From: Priapulus caudatus
Taxonomy: Eukaryota
DNA: 54,332 nucleotides
Assembly: GCF_000485595.1 (NCBI RefSeq)
Contig: NW_014577087.1
Location: 892,933-947,264, forward strand
Direction of reading: 5' to 3'
Program-made: the position numbers and the translations under genes
Part shown: positions 10,853-21,857 of the stretch, piece after piece
How positions within the stretch are numbered: the stretch's first letter is position 1
Layout of the letters: each line of letters starts with the position of its first letter
Notes under the pieces: model-generated
What the model saw: only the letters and a program-made list of their open reading frames with translations
Database searches by the model: none
What the model was told of the DNA's origin: nothing

Positions 10853-13320
10853 TGGGTTTATTTATTTGGTTGTCAATGGCGGATATTAGATTGCAGTACT
10901 TAGGCGTACGCGCTGATTCCGCGCATAGGGTTTACATTTGCCTAGAAAGCTCTGCCCCTTTCATACTACCTAATTAGCTTAACTCCTTTAACCTCCGAGT
11001 ATTTGCATGAGTCGATATGTTGTAGCTTCCATAGAGCTTGTCATTGCGTGTTGCGACCCTTGCTAGACCTATACGCGTCTGGCTACATTCCCATTCCCAT
11101 CTGGCAGCTCAGCATGTCTTTTAGCTCAATAGGTTAACTGTACAATCACAGGTGCATTTAGCAACGGTTTCAATTGATAAAATGATGGATGAAACACGTA
11201 ATGTATTTACTAGCAAAGCTCCCTCAAGATGTTCTTTTACTCCTCATTCGGACCTATATATTGATACATTATTCCTGTAATGCCCGTCAAATGCTCTGCC
11301 TGCTCCAACCATAGAAATATATAGAGATCACTAGCCTACTAATAGTATATGTTTGCGAACACACAGCACACCGCCACGCACGCCGCTGTGCCCACAAGAC
11401 AAAAAATCACACGGCAAACAATACTAACAAAACTCGATAATTGTTTGTTTGTGCAGGCGGCGAGCCGATGCCGCGTTTGTATTTGGCTGTAGTTGCATAG
11501 AAGCATTCTGAACGGCTTAACAGAATCAGGAGTGAATATAATAGATTATTCACTCCTGACAGACTCCACAATATATTATTCACTCATTCTCCTTATTTCC
11601 CCCCCACTGCCTCATTCTATTATTATTCACTCCGGTTCACGAATATTTATCCATTAAAATATGGATGGGTGAGTAAAGACTATTAATAGACCTTGGCTTA
11701 GTAATAACATTTCGCTGATTAATTACCATCTTCTTATTAATGACACGTTGCCAAGGTGCTCGTGATTACAATTTGATGTACCCAGCCCAATGCATATGCT
11801 GCATCCCTATCCTCTCAACCAGCACCCCATACCCGCGATGGATATGTGACAGACGATATATAACGATAGTAGAACACGTATCGCACTGGTTCTCGCCTAG
11901 TTCGTCACGTGCGTGAACTGCTCCGCCGCCTCCCCAGTATTCTCAAATCGTCCATTGTGCAGTTTGAGCTCGTAAGTCACACGAAAATCTTCTTGCCACA
12001 CTTTTCAGCACCCGAATACGTCAGATCTGACTCGGAATAGCATCTCTCGATCGGTGCCACCCGTCCGCCAGTCGATGCACCTCTCTGTAGCCTATGACTC
12101 CGACGTTCACAAATGATTTACAACAGAGAGCATCAATGAACCACTATGTTACATAATGTGAAACATTTTGTGTACATAACCCTACGTAATGTGTACATGT
12201 GTACATAAACCTATCAGACAGATAAAGAAGCGTGCAGTCTATGTAGGAATAACTCTAGGTTCTGTCCAGTCACGTATATCGTGTACTGTCAGACTAAGTG
12301 AGCAGCTAGATTCAATAGCACCGGGCAGTCACATAGCGAGGGCAGCGGAGTTAAAACATTGTCCTACTGTTGCTTGGCTCTTGGGCTAATGGCGTGTCCT
12401 TCTCATTCCCCCTCTCTACGCCCTTCCACTGATCTATCTATATATAAGTTAATATGTTATATATAATTCAGAGCTCCCCTCTCTCGCGCGTGCACTCGCA
12501 AGGACTCTTTATCACCCTCTCACTTTCTTTCTATTGTACACTTGCCTCGTCTCCCTCTTTCGTCGTCTCTCTCTACATTTCCCCTTTTCACGCTATTGTC
12601 ATCATTTTATCATTTAATTCTTTTGTCTCTCTCCAGTGTTTTCCGCTCTTTCCTTCTCCCTCGTTATCCCCTCCGTCCATCCCTCCTCCTTATCCCAATC
12701 GCGCTCTTCCGCACCATAATCTCCTCCCATTGCTCTCACAATCCTTCCAACCTTATGGAATTTCCTGTAGCTAATGGGTTCTTGAAACAAATCGATGAAA
12801 GTAAAATCTCTCATTATATTTATATTTATTATAAGTAAAAAGATTTCATTTGTTGTGCTGAATGTTACGTGCCCCCCCCGACCCCCGGTACTCCGTGATT
12901 GTGTGTGTGTGTGGGTGGTGTGTGGGTTGTGGTGTGGTTGGTGTGTGTTGTGTGCTGCTGTGCTGTGTGTAGTGGTGTGTGTGTGTGTTGTGTGGTCTGA
13001 TGGTGTCTGGTGTTGTGGTGTTGTCCGGAGGTCTATTCGCGCTCTCTGGGTTGACTCAGTGGATGATTAGCCTTACATTACTGTTACATACAGTCACGCT
13101 ACACTGAATTAGATAGATGGGCCTAGTGACTTTTTCAATGATTTACACTTTTCCAGCATTTAGCGAGTGAGACACGGAGGAACAGAAACGCTTCCAACAT
13201 CTAATTATAGACGGATTCACAAATGTGAAAATCTATTATCCAACGAAAGTCAAGAAGAGGAAGAAAAATATCCAATAAAGACCAACAGAATGACGTTGTT
13301 CAAATTGCAGTTTCACCCGT
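10853..13320 (-). other. Indel-rich duplicate of ~42205-45115 (GNAT intron with MITE, exon 1 at ~11880-12075, upstream region, GNAT 3' end); likely low-accuracy gap-fill
   Basis: Collinear with 42205-45115, and partly with 22640-24985, but peppered with 1-2-nt indels. Starts right after an N-gap. Confidence 0.7.
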
Positions 13321-14070
13321 TCTGCGGAATCGTGCGCGGCGATGCGCGAACAAAGTGAAAAGACGCATGTAATCAGATTAAACCATACACCAGCGGGCCG
13401 CGGCCGCGGTCGTCCGTCGCCCGCTGATAGTTGAACGTATACGAAACCCCGCCGAAGAAAATTTTCTTGTCCAGTAACGCGTGCCGCGACCAGGGTCCGA
13501 AGCGCCATCTGCACGTACATTATATATCGGCATAGCGAAACCAGCGTCTGAAGCCCGAGCAGGCAAATTTAGTCTACACGACGCAATTTTACCAAGCACG
13601 GGCAGGGGCCGCCGCGGGCTGGCATTGCTGTCAGCGATGCCGCTCCGGTTTGAAACCGTAATACAGAAATCGACCGGAAACAAATCTGGCATGGGGTCAA
13701 CGCGGACCGAGTCGGAGCGCAGACATTTTCAAAAAACATTAGCATAGTCTCGTAATCGTGGCGGCGATGTCTGCGAAGCAAAGGAAGCCCTAGACAAAAT
13801 TTTACCAGCTCACCTGCCGCCCCGTCGGCCCGCCCGCGACTAGGTTAAGACATGTAGAACGACGAAGAAAATTCTTGTTGCATTCCCAACGAGAGACCGA
13901 CGCACAAGCAAGGCCAATCTAGCACGTCATAAATCGGCAAGAGGAAACCCAGGGCGTGAAGCGCGAGCAACATAATATATAGACCGGATTTGACCAACAC
14001 AAATTGATCTTCAGCCCTGCCCGGCCTCCGGTTCAACCGAATACAACGGCCGAAAAAGGCCTACACAAAC
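13320..14070. repeat. ~180-bp tandem repeat (noisy copies)
   Basis: Degenerate versions of the units at 16859-18250, same order as 45117-46050. Confidence 0.65.
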
Positions 14071-14074
14071 AAAG

Positions 14075-16858
14075 TTTACAGGTCTTATGCTGATACAAAT
14101 TCATTAAGGCGAAATCTATGCTTGAATTCCCCATAAACCATTTTAAATGTATATTCATCACAGCACTATAAACTCCCTGGTGAGATACTTGCGCCATGCG
14201 CTACACACACTAATGTTAGGCCGAATTGTTTAAACTGCTGGTATATGACCGCGGAACCTACATGCAAGAAGCGTCCANGCACAATACGATTTCTCTCGGG
14301 AGATATTGCGCATCGCGCGCACCGTGTTAGGCGTGCAGTGCCGTCTGAGGAAAACCTCATAATATAGCTTGCTGCGGGGGAGAGGGGATGCGAGACTGAC
14401 GAAAGGTGGCAGGAAAGATAGCTGGGGCGATAGAAGAAGAAGGAGGCTGAGCGAGGGACAGGGGAGGCAAGGGGTAGGACGCGAGGGCATAAAGTAGGTG
14501 TTTTGTGCCCTACATGCTAGGGCGCTCTCCTAATAATAAACACATGTCTACTGATAAAAGTTTATTAGGGAAATCTATGAGGAGATACCATTTTAAAAGC
14601 ATATTCATCACAAAATATAACTCCTCTGGTGAGATATTGCGCATGCGCTAACACGCTAACGTAGCCAAATTGTGTACTGGCTGGTATACGCAGCCGGGAC
14701 GTTACATGCAATATGTTCCTCCTATTTCTTAAATGATGTCAACTGATGGAATGTTATCATGTAAATCTATGCTAGGATAACGCCTATTCATTTTTAATGC
14801 ATAATCTTTGCAAAATACGATTGATCTCGGGAGATATTGCGCATGCGCGCGCACCGTGTTAGGCATGCAGTACCATCTGAGGCAAACTTCATAATATAGC
14901 TTGCTGAGGGGGAGAAGGAATGGGAGACTGAGGAAAGGCGGCAGGGAAGATAGATGAGGGCGGTAGAAGAAGAAGGAGGATGAGCAAGGGACAGGGGAGG
15001 CAAGGGGAAGGCCGCGAGGGCATAAAGTAGGCGTTTTGTACCCTATATGCTATGGCGCTCTCCTAATTATAAAGACAGGTCAACTGATAAAAGTTTATTA
15101 GGGAAATCTATGCTGAGATATCCCCTAACCATTTTAAATGTATATTCATCACAAAATATAACTCTTCTGGTGAGATATTGCGCATGCGCTAACACATTAA
15201 CTTAGCCAGATTGTGTACTGGCTGGTATACGCAGCGGGGACCATACATGCAAGGTCTTCTTCCTATTTTTTAAATGATGTCAACTGATAGAATGTTATCA
15301 TATAAATCTATGCTAGGATAACTCCTCTTCATTTTAAATGCATAATTTTTGCACAATACGATTTCTCTCGGGAGATATTGCGCATGCGCGCGCACCGTGT
15401 TAGGCGTGCATTGCCGTCTGAGGAAAACTTTATAATATAGCTGGCTGCGGAGGAGAGGGGATGCGAGACTGACGAAAGGCGGCAGGAAAGATAGCTGGGG
15501 GAGATAGAAGAAGGAGGCTGAGCGATGAACAGGACGGGGTAGGACGCGAGGGCATAAAGTAGGTGTTTTGTACCCTACACGCTAGGGCGCTCTTCTAATT
15601 ATAAATACAGGTTTACTGATAAAAGTTTATTAGGGAAATCTATGCTGAGATATCCCCGAACCATTTTAAATGTATATTCATCGCAAAATATAACTCCTCT
15701 GGTGAGATATTGCGCATGCGCTAACACACTAACGTAGCCAGATTGTGTACTGGCTTGTATACGCAGCGGGGACCTTACATGCAAGGAATTCCTTCTATTT
15801 CTTAAATGATGTCTATTCATGGAGTGTTATCATATAACTCTATGCTAGGATAACTCCTCTTCTTTTTAAATGTATAATCTTTGCAAAATACAATTTCTCT
15901 CGGGAGATATTGCGCATGCGCGCGCACCGTGTTAGGCGTGCAGTGCCGTCTGAGGCAAACTTCATAATATAGCTTGCTGAGGGGGAGAGGGGATGAAAGA
16001 CTAAGGAAAGGCGGCAGTAAAGATAGCTGGGGCGGTAGAAGAAGAAGAAGAAGGCTAAGCGGGGGACNNNNNNNNNNNNNNNNNNNNNNNNNNNNNNNNN
16101 NNNNNNNNNNNNNNNNNNNNNNNNNNNNNNNNNNNNNNNNNNNNNNNNNNNNNNNNNNNNNNNNNNNNNNNNNNNNNNNNNNNNNTAACACACTAACGTA
16201 GCCAGATTGTGTACTGGCTGGTATACGCCGCGGTGACCTTACATGCAAGGTCTTCCTCCCATTTCTTAAGTGATGTCTACTGATAGAATGTTATTATATA
16301 AATCTATGCTAGGATAACTCCTCTTTATTTTAAATGAATAATCTTTGCAAAATACCATTTCTCTCGGGAGATATTGCGCATGCGCGCGCACCGCGTTAGG
16401 CGTGCAGGGCCGTCTGAGGCAAACTTCATAATATAGCTTGCTCAGGAGGAGAGGGGATGGGAGACTGCGGAAATCCGGCAGGGAAGATAGCTGGGGCGGT
16501 AGACGAAGAAGGAGGCTGAGCGAGGAACAGGGGAGGCAAGGGGTAGGACGCGAAGGCATAAAGTAGGTGTTTTGTACCCTACATGCTAGAGCGCTCTCCT
16601 AAATATAAACACAGTTCTACTGATAAAAGTTTATTAGGAAAATCTATGCGGAGATACCCCCTAACCATTTTAATTGCATATTCATCACAAAATGTAACTC
16701 CTCTGGTGAGATATAGCGCATGCGCTAACACACTAACGTAGCCACATTGTGTACTGGCTGGTATACGCAGCGGGGACCTTACATGCAAGGTCTTCCTCCT
16801 GTTTCTTAAATGATGTCAACTGATGGAATGTTATCATATAAACCTATGCTAGTATAAC
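14075..16858. repeat. ~535-bp tandem satellite (about 5 units)
   Basis: The anchor GGCATAAAGTAGG recurs at ~14486, 15019, 15551 and, after the gap, 16555. Each unit has two GAGATATTGCGCATGCGC motifs. Confidence 0.92.
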
Positions 16859-18250
16859 GGATATTGATCTTGGCAGTCAACGGCGACCGACGTCGGAGCG
16901 TCATTTTCATGAACATTAGCATAGGCTGGGAATCGTGGCGCGATGCTGCGAGCAAAGTGAAGCATGTAGATCAGATTTTACTATGTACACGTGCCGTCGG
17001 CCCGCCTGCGACTAGTTTGAACGTATGAGAACGGCAGAAGAAAATTCTCTTGACCGTCAACGGTGACCGACGCACGAGCGCCATTTGCACGTACATTAAT
17101 ATCGGCATAGCGGGGAACCCAGGGCGTGAAGCTGCGAGCAAAGTGAATATTATAGACAGGATTTTACTAAGCACACGTGCTGTCAGCATGCCCCGCTCCG
17201 GTTTGAACGTATAAGAACGGCCGAAGACAATTATATTGGCAGTCAACGGCAACCGATGTCGGAGCGCCATTTTCATGAACATTAGCATAGGCTGGGAATC
17301 GTGGCGTGATGCTGCAAGCAAAGTAAAGCATGTAGATGGGATTTTACCAAGCACATGTACTGTCGGCCCGCCCGTCTCCACTTTGAACGTGTAAGAATGG
17401 CCGAAAAAAATTCTCTTTGCAATCAACGGTGACCGACGCACGAGCGCCATCTTCTTGTACATTAATACAGGCATAGCGGAGAAACCAGGCCGAGATTCTG
17501 CGAGCAAAGTGAATACTATATATTAGGTTTTACTAAGCACTCGTGCTGTTGGCCCGCCCGGCTCCAGTTTGAACGCAAAAGAACGGGCAAAGAATATTCT
17601 CTTGGCAAGCAACGGTGACCGACGTACGAGCGCCTTCTTCTTGTGCATTAATATAGGCATCGCGGGGAGCCCAGGGCGAGATGCTACGAGCAAAATGAAT
17701 ATTTTAGATATGATATTACTAAGCACTCGTGCTGTTGGCCCGCTCAGCTCCACTTTGAATGCAAAAGAACGGCCGAAGACAATTCTCTTGGCAGTTAACG
17801 GCGGCCGGCGTAGGAGCGCGTTTTTCATGTGCATTAGCATAGCGCGGAAGCCAGGGCGTTATGCTGCGAATAAAGTGAATATGATAGATTGGGTTTTACC
17901 ATGCATACGTGCTGTTGGCCCGCCCGTCTCCAGTTTGAACGTTAAAGAACGTCGGAAGAAAATTCTCTTGGCAGTCAACGGTGACCGACGTAGGAACGCG
18001 TTTTTCATGTACATTAGCATAGCGCGGAACCCATGGTTAACCCAACGATAACCCCCCTTGGGAGCAAAGTGATATTATAGATCGGATTTTACCAAGCACA
18101 CGTGCTGGCGGCCCGCCCGTCTCCACTTTGAACGTATATGAACGGCCGAAGAATATTATCTTGGCAGTCAACCGCGGCCGACGTAGGGGCGCGTTTTTTA
18201 TGTACATTATCATAGCGGGTAACCCAGGGCGTGATGTTGCGATCAAATTT
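16859..18250. repeat. 180/186-bp tandem satellite (about 8 units)
   Basis: The anchor GTCAACGG (or close variant) occurs at ~16876, 17056, 17242, 17422, 17608, 17794, 17974 and 18167. Confidence 0.9.
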
Positions 18251-19091
18251 ATAGGGATAATCTTGAACTCATTCCTAGTGCCTCCAAAATAACTTGGCAA
18301 ACCATGGTCAGGGCAGTGGATCGTAGATTAACACAGTTCTGCCTACATTTATATTATTATTGGCCGAGGCCAACGCCGTGTCCTATTTATGTCCTACTCC
18401 CCCCTCTTCTCTCTCTTTCTCGTTCTCTCTCTTTCTCGCTCTGTCATGCACGCGCACGCACGCACGCGCATTTTACCTCTCTCGTCTCTCTTTCCATCTA
18501 TTAATACACTTGCTCCGTCTATGCTCTTGCTATCTTCTTCGTTTGAACTTACTGCCTTCTCTTTTTCTATCCCCCTTTTTGTCCCTCTCTAGTGTTTTAG
18601 ACCCCGCTCTCTCTCTCTCTCTTTCTCCCGCTCGTTATTTCTGCCGTCCATCCCTCCCTTACTAATAATTATCGTTCTGATCGTTCTCATGCAATACAAT
18701 TCTCATCAGTTACCCTCAAATGTCTTCTAACCTCATTGAGTTAGAAACCCCAATCTAGCTAGTAGACCCTTAAAACAAACGAACGAACGAAAGCTGAATT
18801 TCTAATTAGAATTAAATTTATCGATTAAAGGTACGTTATTTGTTAGGCTAAAAGCCACACACTACCAGCGATAAGCTACAACCGAATGATGATATCAGAG
18901 AAAGTTTTTGACGAAAATATATATGCATTCAAGGAAAGAATAGATTTAAAATACTAATTTATTAATGTTTCATCCCGACTACCACCTTTAGGTGTGAGTT
19001 GGTCGTTTCTTCGATACGTGAGCTATCGTACCACTCCTTATTACTACGAACAACAGTTACGCACTTTCCCGCATGTAGGGGGCGATACTAA

Positions 19092-19981
19092 TCTTACTAT
19101 AAATTGGGGATTTTCTGTCTGTGTGTGTGTGGGTGTGTGTGTGTGTGTCCGGCTATACGTTTCCGCACCGCTCAACGGATCCTCTCAAACTTGGTCGGAA
19201 CATTCTACAGATCCTGACACATTTTTTTTTACATTTGTTCTTTTTTTTCACATTCCACGTTCAAAAACATTAACATGCACGCCAACCCTACCGCTTTACG
19301 CGGTAGACTACCGCTTTTTGAAGACTTCTACCGCCTACCGCTTTTAATACTATTCCTACCGCATTGCAAAATATTCAGTTACAAGAAAAACGGGGATGCG
19401 GTTTTCCGCATAACGATTCTCTCTACTACATCTGCCATCGCCGCGGGGCGTGTAATTACGCGCGCCTGCTCGGCCCGCCGCACTGTACATGCTCTACATA
19501 TGATTATCTGCCCCTGCTAGGGTGTGGGTTGTTATCTCGCCGGCGATTGGCTAACGCCGTCAGTAACATCCAATAGAATAAGTTATTACAGTGAGTACGC
19601 TCATTGTTGTTGTGTCGCGCCAAATCCAAGTCTGTTGATAGTTTCATTGTTGTTACGCCTTCACGCTCTATTAATCCGTTATGAAAACACCACCGAAGAA
19701 AAAGCCACCCATGCGGTATGACAACAAGTTTCAGACTACCTGGACGGCAGCTCACGTATNNNNNNNNNNCAAGCTCAACCAATAGCAGTGCTCATTACAG
19801 CCCTATGTTCTTGATTGACCTAGGAAAAAAAATCACGCGAGCGGCGTGCTAATGAAAACAAACCGCGCCACCTATCGGATCTTATATAAATTAATATATT
19901 CTTTTAACACTTTTAAATTTATTTCTTTTGTTATAGAAATATATATCAACATGCACGGCAGTGGCAACGGGCAGTGTCTAG
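19092..19981 (+). mobile_element. Probable non-autonomous Helitron
   Basis: Starts A|TCTTACTATAAA, has a (GT)n tract near the 5' end, and ends with an imperfect GC hairpin (TGCACGG...CAACGGGCA) then CTAG|T, i.e. inserted between A and T. Confidence 0.55.
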
Positions 19982-20131
19982 TAAATACAAACCGTATTGT
20001 AACATCATTATCGCGATTTGCGAATTAGAAAATCCGGTGCCATGGGAATCCTATATAACAAAGATATCAAAATTAAAAAAGAGATGCGGTCATCATTACG
20101 ATTTCCAGTGTGATTTGATTCCAAGGCAGTC

Positions 20132-21207
20132 CTAGATAATAAAGACGCCTAAAGTCAGATTAGACGCGACCTTTTCCAATGGTAGCTTCACCTTGTGTTT
20201 CGTGTACAGTCGCTTGTCGCGCCCCACAAACCGAGCTCCAAGTGCCTCTAACGTCTTTACCGCATGTGTGCTTTCGTCAGGTGTATAGAAGCAGATCTCT
20301 GATCTATCCGGTAGAGCCATTAACACGTGCCTCATCAGCTGACTCTGTACCTGCTCCGTGTCACCGTAGAGTGGACAGATGCCGTAACTCACGCCAACAG
20401 TCGCATTGATGGCAACGACATAACCTGTTACCTTGCTCTCAGCATCTGTCGCTACAAACACCAGCTTCTTACAAGCCTGTAAACAGGGACGCAGGTAGTC
20501 TCCGCGGTCCTGCCCAGCTATGGACTTGTCGTAGTCGAGTACAGCTTGCAGCATCTCTTCGCTGTATGGCTTCACTGTGATATTAGCATCATCTTCCAGC
20601 TTCAGGGATGCTGCGAGCTTGGCGTGATCGACGGTGTAATAACGAGTGGTAATAGTGAACGACTCCGTGGTAAAGCCGTTCTTCTTATAATGATCTACGA
20701 GGTACATCATGGTGTTAAGTCCCAGGTTACGGTGGCCGGCGTGCTCAAGTATGCGCTTCAGTAACATACTCCCTATTCCTTTCCGTCTCATATCGCTACG
20801 TACTATGAAGTGACCCATGAAAGCTTCGCCACCGACAACAGCAGAATTCAGAAAACCTGCAACGGAGGACGATTGCGATAATACACGTTGACCGTTCGTC
20901 TTGTGAATGTTACGAGTAAATCTATCGAATAGCTTGCTTTTTAGTATTGCTCTAGCTTGCTTTACATGTAGCGGTGGGCCGCGAACCTGCAGCTTCCACG
21001 AGGAAGTTTATGTCTACAACGTATATACGTACCGACTGATTCCCCGTTGGGTAACACTGCCGTGAAAGCTCCGCCGCCTTCACCGTACTCAACCATGATC
21101 TTAAGCATCTCAAGCCCGAAGTCTTCCGGAAATTGACCTATCGTCCATTTCATGACATGCGGCAGATCGGACTCGACAGTAGCCCTGATCGTACACCCGT
21201 CCGCCAT
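20132..21207 (-). CDS. GNAT-family acyltransferase copy A (tandem GNAT, YitH/holothin-acyltransferase-like), 299 aa; exon 1 21207-21033, exon 2 20856-20132
   Basis: Exon 1 MADGCTIRATVESDL...PNGESV ends G|GTACGT. A 176-nt phase-1 intron ends TTGCAG. Exon 2 reads GFLNSAVVGGEAFMGHFIVRSDMRRKGIG (motif A) ...HYKKNGF ...YGICPLYGD ...TAG. 175+725=900 nt, open throughout. Confidence 0.88.
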
Positions 21208-21857
21208 GATTATTTTCTGCCCACATTTCTGCCTACGTACCCGTTTATGTTTGGTTATAGATAAACGAGGCCGATTACAGAATCCTTATCAACTTTGTGT
21301 GTGTGCGCGCGTGTCTGCGTTTATGCGCAAATATTATCCGATATATATATATACATATGGTATGACAGCTCATATTTAGTCTCTCTCTCTCACCCCTTTC
21401 TCTCTATCTCTCGCTCGCTCGCTCGTTTGCTCTCTCTCCCTCTCTCCCCTTCTCTCCCTTTCTCGGTATCTCCATTTAACTGTCATTTCGCCAGTTACTG
21501 TGTCGGGAGCAAACCGAGGAAAGTAGCATTTCACATGCCGCGTACTTTTATTCAACGAATCTGATTTTATTAGCAGACGCGTGACTGCAACTCATCAAAT
21601 CAGGAAATGTAGAAGTAAACGGCTAGCACATGTATTCCAAATAATGATACATTTATTATACTTATTGATGTTTGTATTACTGCTTTTACCGCCTTGCACA
21701 TATTTTAATTCCGATGATTTGTAATTAGCAATTTAACACCATTTCTTTGCCGACACCCCAAGTTATATCTTTTTACGTGCGGGAGAGGTCTACGACAAAA
21801 GTGCCAATAATCTTAAACACCTTTAACGTAATCGGCGAATTAGAAACTCGGTTAGTG

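Noticed and set aside
14075..18250. CRISPR-like or rDNA/snRNA tandem array
   Set aside because: There are no short repeats with unique spacers and no recognisable 5S, tRNA or snRNA sequence; units are homologous along their length.
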